Notes: generated from the sequence alone by a model not told the origin. 54,758 bases of DNA from a virus (IMGVR_UViG_3300048631_000451:1-54758); one strand, 5' to 3'. Counted from the first letter of the stretch, positions 38,430-46,639 are shown. Program-made: numbers and translations.

Positions 38430-38568
38430 GTTAATCTCCTTATTTCATGTCTATCTGCGCACATACAATATTTTCATACTATTGTAGCGCATTTAATCGA
38501 ATGTTTGCGCACTTTTATAAGAGTTAAATTTAAAATGACGATATTTATCAAATACTAAACACCGCAGT

Positions 38569-38847
38569 TTAATCTTGTGCGCAGTCAGCTTGCGCAGTGT
38601 ATAGTTTGATAATCTCTTTTATCCTGCCCCTTAAGAGAGAGTTGTCACCTTTGCTGTCAATAATAGCTTTTTGTAGGTAGCAAACCATTTCTATAAATGC
38701 ATCTTCCCTGATTTCATCATGATCACTCATGTACATTTTGCAGAATGAATCAAAATTAGCCTCTATCTCTGCTTGCGCTTCCTCTGCATTATAACGCTTA
38801 AGAATGTCAGCTATGCCGTATTCATCTACTGGCTTTGCTTCTGTCAT
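38569..38847 (-). CDS. Hypothetical protein
   Basis: GGGAG RBS; ATGA overlap with the upstream gene (start MTEAK). Confidence 0.65.
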   Translation of the reverse strand: MTEAKPVDEYGIADILKRYNAEEAQAEIEANFDSFCKMYMSDHDEIREDAFIEMVCYLQKAIIDSKGDNSLLRGRIKEIIKLYTAQADCAQD

Positions 38848-39065
38848 ACTAACTCCCACTTAAAAGTGTGCAGCCCTGTCATTACCCTTTTAAAAGTTAA
38901 CCTAGTTATAGCTCGCTTAGATATATCTTCATTAGGGTTAAATGACTCTAATCGGTTCGGATCGTAATCTACCTCGTAAAATTCAGGTTGCTCATCTGTC
39001 CAATGCTTAGGAAGCTTGTCTTTTATCGCCTTAAGCTCTTCGTCACTTAAAACTATATTACTCAT
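38844..39065 (-). CDS. Hypothetical protein
   Basis: Start MSNIVLS overlapping the upstream stop codon. Confidence 0.6.
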   Translation of the reverse strand: MSNIVLSDEELKAIKDKLPKHWTDEQPEFYEVDYDPNRLESFNPNEDISKRAITRLTFKRVMTGLHTFKWELV

Positions 39066-39261
39066 GCTTATCTCTCTTGACCTGAATGCTATTAAGAACC
39101 CATACATCTATGCCGTTTTTTGGCCTTGAAGCATATTTGATTGTCGCTTGCATACTAAATACTAAGTTTTTTGGTTTTAGCTTTGGTGTTGCAATACTGT
39201 TTAGCATTTCTTTTATGCTGCTAAACATTAATTCATCAGAAATGTATGCCGAAGAGCTCAT
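39058..39261 (-). CDS. Hypothetical protein
   Basis: ATGA overlap with the Q stop codon. Confidence 0.6.
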   Translation of the reverse strand: MSSSAYISDELMFSSIKEMLNSIATPKLKPKNLVFSMQATIKYASRPKNGIDVWVLNSIQVKRDKHE

Positions 39262-39818
39262 GCTACATCGTCCATTTTCTCATGAATGTTTTTAAATATA
39301 TCTCTCTCCCACTCGTTTATTAACCTTAAAAGCTCTTTTGTTACTTCGTCATGTGCACAACTGTAGCTTTTATGGTTGATACCGATGATTTGGCAACGAC
39401 TTCTCTTTGATATTGGCTTACGCCCTCTACCATGGCAATGAATGCAAATTTCAGGGCTTAGGCTTGTCGCTTTCTCCCCAGGCGCTAAACCGCTGCCATC
39501 GCATTCATTGCATACCGGCTGTACGTGCTCATATATTGCCGACATAACCAAGCCGTTTAATGTGTCGGGCTTTATCTTGTACTGTCGTATTTTGATAAAC
39601 AGCGTTGCATGCATCGTTAAAGAGCGCACTACGCGTTTAAGTCTCTGTTCTTCACCTACATATCGAAAGTAAGCCCAGCTTGTTTGACATGGTGGCAGAC
39701 CAGCAAGTGCATGTGCTGCTGTTCTCCAATCGATAACGTCTTGACCGCTGCCGCCAAACGTACCAGTTAGATTAAGTGTTTTAGTTGTTAGTTTTGCTAG
39801 TAGTTTAATCGGCTGCAT
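39258..39818 (-). CDS. Q: Late antiterminator Q-like protein with zinc finger
   Basis: CNECDGSG..CIHCHGRG zinc finger and C-terminal HTH-like segment; lies at the end of the nin region, upstream of PR'. Start reassigned to MQPIKLL. Confidence 0.75.
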   Translation of the reverse strand: MQPIKLLAKLTTKTLNLTGTFGGSGQDVIDWRTAAHALAGLPPCQTSWAYFRYVGEEQRLKRVVRSLTMHATLFIKIRQYKIKPDTLNGLVMSAIYEHVQPVCNECDGSGLAPGEKATSLSPEICIHCHGRGRKPISKRSRCQIIGINHKSYSCAHDEVTKELLRLINEWERDIFKNIHEKMDDVA

Positions 39819-39823
39819 TCTGT

Positions 39824-40261
39824 TTACCCCCAAAGCGCAATCATTGCTGCGTCGCGTTTGTCTTCGTTTGTTCGGCCTTGCCACCCTGTGATTTTATTGA
39901 AGTAATTGCCGTCTTTTTTCGCTTGTCGCTTATGTGGCCCTTTAAGAGGTCTTACTTTAGTGACTTGGTAACCTTGGCTTTCAAGAACTTCACAAATTAG
40001 CCGACCTGTCGCTTTGCATGCACCTACGTCTTGGCAAATTTTTTCGCGCACTGAGCGCTTGTTCTTAACTTTCTCACCAAATAAAGGCTTTATTGCTTCG
40101 GGGTTTTCTACTTTGATTGTGATTGAATCTTTTGGCCCTGCTGCAGCGATGTATTCAAACAGGTCAACAAAGCTAAGTGACTCAAGGTGTAAAATAGTTT
40201 TCCCTTGAATTACAGCAATACCGCTTTTCACAAAGTCAGGATCTATTCCAATTGTTAGCAT
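39824..40261 (-). CDS. RuvC-like (RNase H fold) Holliday junction resolvase
   Basis: IGIDPD..SGIA, VENP and NEDKRDAA catalytic motifs. Confidence 0.8.
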   Translation of the reverse strand: MLTIGIDPDFVKSGIAVIQGKTILHLESLSFVDLFEYIAAAGPKDSITIKVENPEAIKPLFGEKVKNKRSVREKICQDVGACKATGRLICEVLESQGYQVTKVRPLKGPHKRQAKKDGNYFNKITGWQGRTNEDKRDAAMIALWG

Positions 40262-40563
40262 GCGCTTGGTACCTCAATTAGACCTTGCTCTAATAGAATT
40301 GATTGCGTTCTGATCATCCCCTCATATGCATACAAACGATTGATACGCGGATCGCCTACTCGAGTTCTGTTATCAATAACATCGTGGCATGCCGAGCACG
40401 CATACGTTGCATGTATGTCATCACACTTCTGGCCCATACCTGAGCCTTTCCCTACATGCGCAAGTACCACTGTTTCACTATTGCCATTGCACACACCAGG
40501 TATGCGCACTTGGCATTGTTGGCCTCTGGCGCTATTGCGAATTTTCTTACTAATGAGCGACAT
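40255..40563 (-). CDS. DUF1364/YbcO-like Zn-binding HNH-type nuclease
   Basis: SARGQQCQVRIPGVCNGNSETVVLAH..GMGQK..D..ACSACHD.ID. Confidence 0.9.
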   Translation of the reverse strand: MSLISKKIRNSARGQQCQVRIPGVCNGNSETVVLAHVGKGSGMGQKCDDIHATYACSACHDVIDNRTRVGDPRINRLYAYEGMIRTQSILLEQGLIEVPSAC

Positions 40564-40999
40564 TTGTTTCCCCATATAGAGCGAGCATGTATAAATCGTC
40601 AGGCCTTGTTAGCATTAGCTCTAAGTACTCTGCGCAGTATTGCTCTAGCCAATTAAGGTATTCAGTAAACTCTTTGGTATTCAGCTTTCGAGTGCGCTTT
40701 CTGACAATGATTGGCTCTTCATTGCCTGCTTGGATAACGCGCACACCAAACTTTTTGCGCACAAATACTTCGTGAACATCTTCTGAGCTGTTTTCTTGCC
40801 CAAAATGCTCTCGCAAGTGTTCTGCTATTTCCTGATTCCACACCCACATAAGTCGGTTTTGAGCTAAAGAACGCTTTGCCTTGAATTCTTTGAATTCAAT
40901 CACAACGTCTTTACCAAAGCGCAGCATATCTCTTACTGCTTGCCCTATTTGAGGCAAGTAATACTGGGCATTAGTAGCCGTTAAAACTTTCTTTGCCAT
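40550..40999 (-). CDS. ninB: NinB/YbcN-like recombination mediator
   Basis: RSLAQNRLMW.W..EIA and T.KL...EF..YL..LE motifs. Confidence 0.85.
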   Translation of the reverse strand: MAKKVLTATNAQYYLPQIGQAVRDMLRFGKDVVIEFKEFKAKRSLAQNRLMWVWNQEIAEHLREHFGQENSSEDVHEVFVRKKFGVRVIQAGNEEPIIVRKRTRKLNTKEFTEYLNWLEQYCAEYLELMLTRPDDLYMLALYGETNVAH

Positions 41000-41302
41000 T
41001 TACGCAGCCTTCTCTGGTTCTTTTACTAACTCTTGTTTGGCTACTTCCTCTTGATGTGCCAGTTTCAATACTTCTGCAGTTGCTGCTAGCATTGAGTCAC
41101 GTAAATCACGGGGCAAGTTATATCGCTCAGTGATCACTGTTGTTGACTTAACCAGAAGCTCAATTGCTTTGTTAACATTTGCCTGGCTTCCCTCTTGTAT
41201 AGCTTTTGCTGCATGCCCCTTTGCAGCTGATAGAAACCCATCACTGATAAGTTCGCCAGTTGGTGATAGTTGCTGTAATGTGCTTTTCTTTACTTGTGCC
41301 AT
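41000..41302 (-). CDS. Hypothetical protein
   Basis: GAGG RBS; abuts the next gene. Confidence 0.7.
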   Translation of the reverse strand: MAQVKKSTLQQLSPTGELISDGFLSAAKGHAAKAIQEGSQANVNKAIELLVKSTTVITERYNLPRDLRDSMLAATAEVLKLAHQEEVAKQELVKEPEKAA

Positions 41303-41311
41303 GATTAACCT

Positions 41312-41737
41312 CTATGCAGTTCTTGCTTGTTTAAATGTTTTTTCCATTTCAGCGTTGAGCGAGTAGCCCTGATTTAATGGAACCTTATTTGATGTGAAGT
41401 TACCCGGGTGAGCTTTTACATTACTCACCTGGTCTGCAGCCTTGCGATGCTGACGGCGAGACTCTTCACGTTTTATCTTTTCCTGCTTAAATGCTTCTTT
41501 CTGGTCCTTGATGTACTGAGGCACACTAAGAACACCAGCAAGTTTTGCTGCTCTGGCCATTACCCTATTACCTGCTGCAGTAGCTGCATTTAAGTCTCTT
41601 GGGCTTGGCTCATTTATTCCTTTAAGCACCTCTTCCTTGGCCTTACGCGCTTCAACGACTGCAAGCCAATACCCATCACCTAAAATCTCTTTTAGTGCCC
41701 GGATGAATTGCTTTTGGTCTTGTTCGTAAGACTTCAT
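41312..41737 (-). CDS. Hypothetical protein
   Basis: 141-aa ORF in operon, 3 nt after the P-like gene. Confidence 0.7.
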   Translation of the reverse strand: MKSYEQDQKQFIRALKEILGDGYWLAVVEARKAKEEVLKGINEPSPRDLNAATAAGNRVMARAAKLAGVLSVPQYIKDQKEAFKQEKIKREESRRQHRKAADQVSNVKAHPGNFTSNKVPLNQGYSLNAEMEKTFKQARTA

Positions 41738-41740
41738 GGC

Positions 41741-42307
41741 TCACCCCACGTACTTCAAGTAAGCCGGTGGTGCTGAGTACTCAAGCTTTAGCGGTATAGG
41801 GCTGAGTTCCCCTTTGCCATATAGCTCTGCAAGGTTTGTGTATTTCTCTTTAGCCATTTTCTGCCAAGCGCTATCAGTAAGATTTGCTCTTGCTGCAGCA
41901 ATACTTTGGTTAAGCCAGTAAACTAAAGGCTCAGACCATTCTTTGTCCTTGCCGTAGTTTTTAATTCGTTGGTCGTTTATCTCAGCCATGCATTGCGCAA
42001 GTGTTGGCATACCACGGGCGTGCAAACATAAAATTTTAAATTCAATGGGGTTTGGAGCGTGACGTTCTGAAACAGATCGAGTTCTAGCCAAATTAAGCGC
42101 AGCTCTGATTTCCTTCACTAAGAACTTCATCCCAAAGAGTTGATTCGCATATTCAACTGCTGTCTGCTCTAAGTTTCCACGCCAATTAAAATCACTTGCT
42201 GGGTAATAAGCTCTTAGCGCTGGCAATATCTCACCACCGATCAGGCTAGCAAGCGCTTGATCGGGACAGCGTTGCGATTGATTGAGTGTCGATACTTGAT
42301 TGTTCAT
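41741..42307 (-). CDS. Replication protein P-like (helicase loader)
   Basis: ATGA overlap with O; P..EF..C..G.P and WS.P.VY motifs resemble the lambda P family. Confidence 0.7.
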   Translation of the reverse strand: MNNQVSTLNQSQRCPDQALASLIGGEILPALRAYYPASDFNWRGNLEQTAVEYANQLFGMKFLVKEIRAALNLARTRSVSERHAPNPIEFKILCLHARGMPTLAQCMAEINDQRIKNYGKDKEWSEPLVYWLNQSIAAARANLTDSAWQKMAKEKYTNLAELYGKGELSPIPLKLEYSAPPAYLKYVG

Positions 42308-43206
42308 CCGATCACCTCGTCATCATGAAGTGCTGGCATGTGTGCCACCGCTGCTTGCATTGCAGCTAGTTGGTCACCAACGTTGTTAGATTTGTGTTGG
42401 CTAAAATGACTTGGTGCTGATGGCCGGTCCTGCTCTCTCGATAACCAACTAACAATAAATCGCGGCATACCTCGCTGTGTTTTACGACGAGTGGGGTTTG
42501 CGTTACTCCACGAATACATTTCTCGTAGCTGTTGTAAAACATCAACTGCCGGATAGGTTTCAGACCATTCATCAATTTGAGTTTGAGTTATTTCGTAGCG
42601 TTCATCTTTTTTGTTGGTCGGTATCCATGCAACGGCTGGTTCAGAGCCTTGCTCTGAACAAGAATTAACTTTAGTTAATTCTTTATCTTTAGAGTTGTCT
42701 TTAAGACTTTCTTTTGTGTGTACTGTTTCAGTACTAGCATGTGTTACCGTTTCAGTACTAGTAAGTGTTACTGTTTCGGTACTGTACTGTTTTGGTTGTT
42801 TGCTAGTACTGTTTTGGTAACACTTCTTAGGTTTATGTTCTGTCCATTCACTCGTTTTTTTATTGATTTCTAGCTCACCTTGAGTTCCGCCTGTACGAAT
42901 AATCAGCTTCATTTCAATCAATTCATTCAATACTTCACTACAGCGTGCTCTTGGCATATTAGTTATCTCAGATAACTGAGAGCCACTAATACGGTCGCGC
43001 TTCTTCTGAAAGCCATACGTCTTACGTATGACTGCTAGAAACACCTTATATTGACGCTTTGTCATATCATGACTAATCGCAGCATCCAGCAATGTATTTG
43101 CTAGGCGCGTAAAGCCTTTTTCTAAACTTGCCACAGTAACGACCTCGGCCTGTTTGGTTTGCTCCTGGCTACATGGGAACTTGTAAATCTCTGCTAAATT
43201 AGCCAT
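42304..43206 (-). CDS. Replication initiator O-like
   Basis: GFTRLAN.LLDA..RQYKVFLAVIRKTYGFQKK.DRI..SQL..INK..SEW (Phage_rep_O N-domain); contains iterons. Confidence 0.92.
   Translation of the reverse strand: MANLAEIYKFPCSQEQTKQAEVVTVASLEKGFTRLANTLLDAAISHDMTKRQYKVFLAVIRKTYGFQKKRDRISGSQLSEITNMPRARCSEVLNELIEMKLIIRTGGTQGELEINKKTSEWTEHKPKKCYQNSTSKQPKQYSTETVTLTSTETVTHASTETVHTKESLKDNSKDKELTKVNSCSEQGSEPAVAWIPTNKKDERYEITQTQIDEWSETYPAVDVLQQLREMYSWSNANPTRRKTQRGMPRFIVSWLSREQDRPSAPSHFSQHKSNNVGDQLAAMQAAVAHMPALHDDEVIG
42661..42822. promoter_or_regulatory. Replication origin: iterons inside O plus an adjacent AT-rich palindrome
   Basis: Three GTG(T)TACYGTTTCRGTACT repeats at about 24-bp spacing (42718, 42741, 42765) plus degenerate GTACTGTTTTGGT copies; AGAATTAACT-tt-AGTTAATTCT at 42661-42682. 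Confidence 0.85.
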
Positions 43207-43227
43207 AATTACTCCTGTTATTACTCA

Positions 43228-43268
43228 ACCCGCTATCGTGCCGACCAAAGCTGATGCGGGTTTTGTTT
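43228..43268 (+). terminator. Hairpin with T-tract on the + strand just upstream of O
   Basis: AACCCGC...GCGGGTTTTGTTT. Confidence 0.45.
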
Positions 43269-43498
43269 TATCTGCGAGTTACATCAGCCTTTGCTGTAGC
43301 TCGCGCCTTAAATTCTTTTGCTTTATTCAGTTTTCTTCTTCCAATAACCACGCAACCAATTAAGTTAATTACAAAAGCCATCACAGCTAACATGGCTAAT
43401 AAATCAGAAATTGTTTCATGTTTACTGGCGAGAGTACTTATCACCATCAGCAGCACCCCAATGCTTATAGAGTGACGAACTATAAAGCTCATACTCAA
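43268..43498 (-). CDS. Small two-TM membrane protein
   Basis: Two hydrophobic segments and a basic tail; overlaps the stop of the dksA-like gene. Confidence 0.6.
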   Translation of the reverse strand: MSMSFIVRHSISIGVLLMVISTLASKHETISDLLAMLAVMAFVINLIGCVVIGRRKLNKAKEFKARATAKADVTRR

Positions 43499-43704
43499 CG
43501 CCTAAACTGGCGTCTTTGTAATTCTTGAAGTTCAGCGCATCCAATACACAAATTCGTTTTAACTGCCTTTCTACGCTCTTCAGGAATATCAGCACCGCAC
43601 TCAACACAATCTAATGACTCTTGAATATCTTCTTGTTTTAAGTTCGCTAACTGTCTTTCTTGTTCTCGCTCTATTTCAATTTGAGCACTATCAGCTGCAT
43701 CCAT
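43495..43704 (-). CDS. TraR/DksA C4 zinc-finger protein
   Basis: MDAADSAQ (DxxDxA) and CVECGADIPEERR..LCIGC; GGAG RBS. Confidence 0.92.
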   Translation of the reverse strand: MDAADSAQIEIEREQERQLANLKQEDIQESLDCVECGADIPEERRKAVKTNLCIGCAELQELQRRQFRR

Positions 43705-43754
43705 TACGACTCCATTAACTACTTGAATAAGTTTTAAAAAACACACATTCTGTA

Positions 43755-43942
43755 TGTTCGCTATAGGCGGTAGCGACAGGGAGAGTTAGTCTATTGGCTT
43801 GCACAGACCGTTGCCCTAGACGTGATTAGGGACTAATAGACTCCCCCTCCCTTGCCTCCGAGTTTGCAAGGCTCGGAACTCGTCGGCCAAATTTTCATTG
43901 GTCGCTGAGCGCTCGGCGACTTGTGATGGAGTGAGATTTCTC
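43755..43942 (+). ncRNA. Highly structured RNA leader (about 5 stems) upstream of a small peptide ORF
   Basis: Stems TCGCTA/TAGCGA; GGGAG..AGTCTATTGG/CTAATAGACT..CTCCC enclosing CCCTAG/TTAGGG; CCGAGTTT/AGGCTCGG; CGGCCAA/TTGGTCG; GTCGCTGA/TCGGCGAC. Non-Watson-Crick positions are mostly G-U on the + strand. Confidence 0.6.
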
Positions 43943-44044
43943 ATGAAGTTTCAAGTCTCTGTTAAGATCACTGTAGATATCTCTAAAATTATCTATGCAT
44001 TAGCATCGATGGTTTTAGCGCTATACACTGCAGGGCTCTTATAA
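43943..44044 (+). CDS. 33-aa hydrophobic peptide MKFQVSVKITVDISKIIYALASMVLALYTAGLL (type I toxin-like; not in the ORF track)
   Basis: GGAG RBS at 43928-43931, single TM helix, strong hairpin 6 nt after the stop codon. Confidence 0.65.
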   Translation: MKFQVSVKITVDISKIIYALASMVLALYTAGLL

Positions 44045-44076
44045 GAAAGTCCTAGCCACCCACAACGGTGGCTAGG
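44045..44076. terminator. Perfect 10-bp hairpin; terminator-like (tR-like) on the minus strand
   Basis: CCTAGCCACC-cacaac-GGTGGCTAGG, followed by ACTTTCTT on the minus strand. Confidence 0.7.
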
Positions 44077-44198
44077 CACCCTCACCATTGCTAACCTTTC
44101 ACAGTTAACTCATCACAAACTGCCAATTTTAAAGCGCCCTTTTGTCTGCTAGCATGCAAGTGCGAATTACAAAAACCAGACACACAAAAGGACTAAAC

Positions 44199-44390
44199 AT
44201 GCCAAATATTGATCACTTACCACCTGTGCTCTGCCCGGTGTGCAAAGCAAAATTCAATAAACCGCCTAGTTGGTTTCATGACCAATCGGTGTACATTTGT
44301 CCCTGTGGGTATGAAGTCCCAATAGATAATGCGATCAAGGCGCACTTCGCCATGCTCGCAAAACAGATCTCGGAATTCCCTAAGTTTTGA
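44199..44390 (+). CDS. 63-aa zinc-ribbon protein antisense to the PR operon
   Basis: AAAGGA RBS; CPVC..W..CPCG motif; overlaps a minus-strand ORF. Confidence 0.55.
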   Translation: MPNIDHLPPVLCPVCKAKFNKPPSWFHDQSVYICPCGYEVPIDNAIKAHFAMLAKQISEFPKF

Positions 44391-44501
44391 TTCAGGCCAT
44401 TCAGCCCATTTGAGCTCCGTTGTAAAAATGGGTTTATCAACCAGATGCAACCAAGGTGGCGGCGTATCTTCATTAATAAAACTCATGAGCTCGTCACTCA
44501 T
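44217..44501 (-). CDS. Hypothetical protein following cII
   Basis: ATG 2 nt after the cII stop; antiparallel overlap with the zinc-ribbon ORF makes this call uncertain. Confidence 0.45.
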   Translation of the reverse strand: MSDELMSFINEDTPPPWLHLVDKPIFTTELKWAEWPESKLREFRDLFCEHGEVRLDRIIYWDFIPTGTNVHRLVMKPTRRFIEFCFAHRAEHRW

Positions 44502-44503
44502 AT

Positions 44504-45031
44504 TCAAGCCACCTTCAATGATGTAGCTTTCACTGAAGCCGGTTCATTTGGATCAGGACGAACCATTTGCTCGAGCTCAGCTGTCACATGCAAAATAGCT
44601 GTAATAGCTTGTTGTGCTCGCTTTTGAATAACATCGAAATTTGATTCGGTAATAACGCCATCAGAACGTGAAGTGTGAACAGCTTTGGCAAAGTCACCAC
44701 ATGCGGCTTGTAACTGAAGTATTTGGTCTGCTAGTTCTTCATCTGATAAACCAACATCAGGCAAATCAACAACTGTTTTGCCTACGCTAAATGCCCAGGC
44801 TTCTAGTGAACGGTAGTCTTGTGTTAGGTCTGACATTGCAATAATTTGTCGATACCCAAGAATGTGTGTATCGCAACTATCATCTAGCTTACTTCTTAAA
44901 ACGGTTGGGTTTACGCCCATCTGCCTAGCAAGCTCAGCAATGTTGTAGTCATTTTTAAAACTTTCTGCTGCTGCCATTGGGCATCGTGTAACAGGCGCAT
45001 GAGCACACGTACCTTTCTTTGATAAAAGCAT
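44504..45031 (-). CDS. cII: Phage regulatory protein CII (186/CP76-like)
   Basis: N..ELA.QMG.NPTVLRSKL..H.L HTH; DGVIT..E C-terminal motif; follows cro. Confidence 0.85.
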   Translation of the reverse strand: MLLSKKGTCAHAPVTRCPMAAAESFKNDYNIAELARQMGVNPTVLRSKLDDSCDTHILGYRQIIAMSDLTQDYRSLEAWAFSVGKTVVDLPDVGLSDEELADQILQLQAACGDFAKAVHTSRSDGVITESNFDVIQKRAQQAITAILHVTAELEQMVRPDPNEPASVKATSLKVA

Positions 45032-45043
45032 TTATATTATTCC

Positions 45044-45256
45044 CTAAGCTGCTGACTGAGGCTGGTCATTCTCATAAAGAGACAGATCAACTTTAAGTGC
45101 ACCCTTAGTGATCATTTGAAGTTCAAAAGCTCGACCGCGAGGAACTCGCCCGTCATTTGACCAATGAGTTATTGACCCTTTAGTTAGAGGTGGAGTAAAA
45201 GCTTGGGCTAATTTTGACTTGCCACCAAAATATGAAACTGCATCACTCGTTTTCAT
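45044..45256 (-). CDS. cro: Cro-like repressor
   Basis: MKTSDAVSYFGGKSKLA..W..VP..RAFELQ.IT.GALK; AGGAGG RBS; divergent from cI. Confidence 0.93.
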   Translation of the reverse strand: MKTSDAVSYFGGKSKLAQAFTPPLTKGSITHWSNDGRVPRGRAFELQMITKGALKVDLSLYENDQPQSAA

Positions 45257-45283
45257 GTGATCCTCCTAATTAATTTAATTGGG

Positions 45284-45358
45284 AGTATAGTTTTATGAAC
45301 CATTTTAAGTCAAGTTAAATGAACCAACAAAATAGTAATGTGTTTAGATAACTATACT
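45284..45358. promoter_or_regulatory. OR region: three 16-bp operators with PR and PRM
   Basis: GTATAGTTTTATGAAC (45285-45300), GTCAAGTTAAATGAAC (45309-45324), GTTTAGATAACTATAC (45342-45357). PR on the minus strand is TTGACT-N18-TATACT; PRM -10 TATACT at 45353-45358. Confidence 0.85.
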
Positions 45359-45372
45359 ATCAGGTTGTTAAT

Positions 45373-46017
45373 ATGACATTTCAAGAACGCTTAATTGAGC
45401 AAATGTCCGCCGCTGACATAAAAGCAGTTGAGATAGCACGAGCGCTAAAAATATCTAAGGGAACTGTCAGTCAATGGTGTACCGGGTTAAACAAACCGCG
45501 TGGCGAAAACGCAGTTAAATTGGCTAAAGTTTTAAGATGTAACGTGTCTTGGCTTATGGAAGGAAAAGGGTCTCCTAATAAAAATGTAGAATTAGAATTA
45601 GGCCCCGACTTAAGAGGTAAAGCACCGCTAATCTCATGGGTTCAAGCGGGAAAATGGAAAGAGATTGATAGGGAAAGTTTGCAGCAAGCCTCTGATATAA
45701 CTTTTTATCAACATACAGCTAGTGTTAGCGATCAAGCCTTTGCTCTACGAGTCAAAGGTGACAGTATGACCAGCTTTACAGGTGGAAAATCAATACCCGA
45801 AGGCTCTGTTATCATTGTTGATCCAAATATGCAGGCAGAGCATGGGAAAGTAGTTGTGGCTCGCCTGGAAGAAAGTGACGAAGCAACGTTAAAGCAGCTA
45901 GTTTTAGACGGTGGATCTAAATACTTGAAACCATTTAACAACAGCTATCCGACGATGCCTATTAACGGAAACTGCACAATAATCGGAGTTGTTAAGCAAG
46001 TAATCCAAGATTTTTAA
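45373..46017 (+). CDS. cI: CI repressor (HTH plus S24 autopeptidase)
   Basis: N-terminal HTH, PLISWVQAG cleavage site, VKGDSM Ser and ATLK Lys. Confidence 0.96.
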   Translation: MTFQERLIEQMSAADIKAVEIARALKISKGTVSQWCTGLNKPRGENAVKLAKVLRCNVSWLMEGKGSPNKNVELELGPDLRGKAPLISWVQAGKWKEIDRESLQQASDITFYQHTASVSDQAFALRVKGDSMTSFTGGKSIPEGSVIIVDPNMQAEHGKVVVARLEESDEATLKQLVLDGGSKYLKPFNNSYPTMPINGNCTIIGVVKQVIQDF

Positions 46018-46042
46018 AAAGCCCCTTTACGGGGCTATCTTT
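46016..46042. terminator. Terminator between cI and the convergent gene
   Basis: AAAAAGCCCC-tttac-GGGGCTATCTTT. Confidence 0.75.
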
Positions 46043-46097
46043 AAACAACTACCTAGCAAACATGCATTTACCGGATCTTTATAAAATTTCAGCGCGC

Positions 46098-46526
46098 TTA
46101 ATAGCAGTTTCCTCTCGAATCACAAATAATTATTTTAATCTCTCCTGTCTCTGCATTGTACGAGTCATACGTCGTGTTTCCAGAAGAGTCAGTAAAACTA
46201 TTCCACGTACTGCCGTTATCGCTAGATCCTAGTGTTTGACTGGTACTTCCTGAATCATAAGTGCTCGAGTTCCAGTAAGAGCCTTTGCTACTATAGCCCT
46301 GTGTTTGACTTACACTTCCACTTCTATATGTGTTACTGCCCCATGTCGTGCCTGTATCGCTATTGTAACCACTCGTAACTGATGACGTTCCATAATCGGA
46401 CGTAATATAACTATTACCACTGTCATAGTCATAGCAGTAAGTTGTATCGCCTACAGTTGTGCATTGAGCAGCAACCGAAGATGTGAACGCTATAGACACT
46501 AATATTGATAACGATTTTAAAAACAT
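46098..46526 (-). CDS. Secreted Ser/Thr/Gly/Tyr-rich protein in the immunity region
   Basis: Signal peptide ending VAA-Q; internal G..W.S.TY.SG repeats; Cys pairs at both ends; AAGGGA RBS. Confidence 0.8.
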   Translation of the reverse strand: MFLKSLSILVSIAFTSSVAAQCTTVGDTTYCYDYDSGNSYITSDYGTSSVTSGYNSDTGTTWGSNTYRSGSVSQTQGYSSKGSYWNSSTYDSGSTSQTLGSSDNGSTWNSFTDSSGNTTYDSYNAETGEIKIIICDSRGNCY

Positions 46527-46639
46527 GATTGCATCCCTTAACTAATTAATTCCAAAATAAATAATAAACGCTCCAAAATATTTATCAAGCTGAAACAGTT
46601 GCTACTAGTGGCTTTGTAATTCTAAATCAAAACAAATAA

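Noticed and set aside
43750-43767. LexA box upstream of the peptide locus (CTGTATGTTCGCTATAG)
   Set aside because: Spacing and right half do not fit CTG-N10-CAG
43755-43942. tRNA, retron msr-msd, c4 antisense RNA or known riboswitch
   Set aside because: No T/D-loop consensus or CCA, no RT gene, and no aptamer consensus that I recognise; kept as an unclassified structured RNA pending an Rfam search
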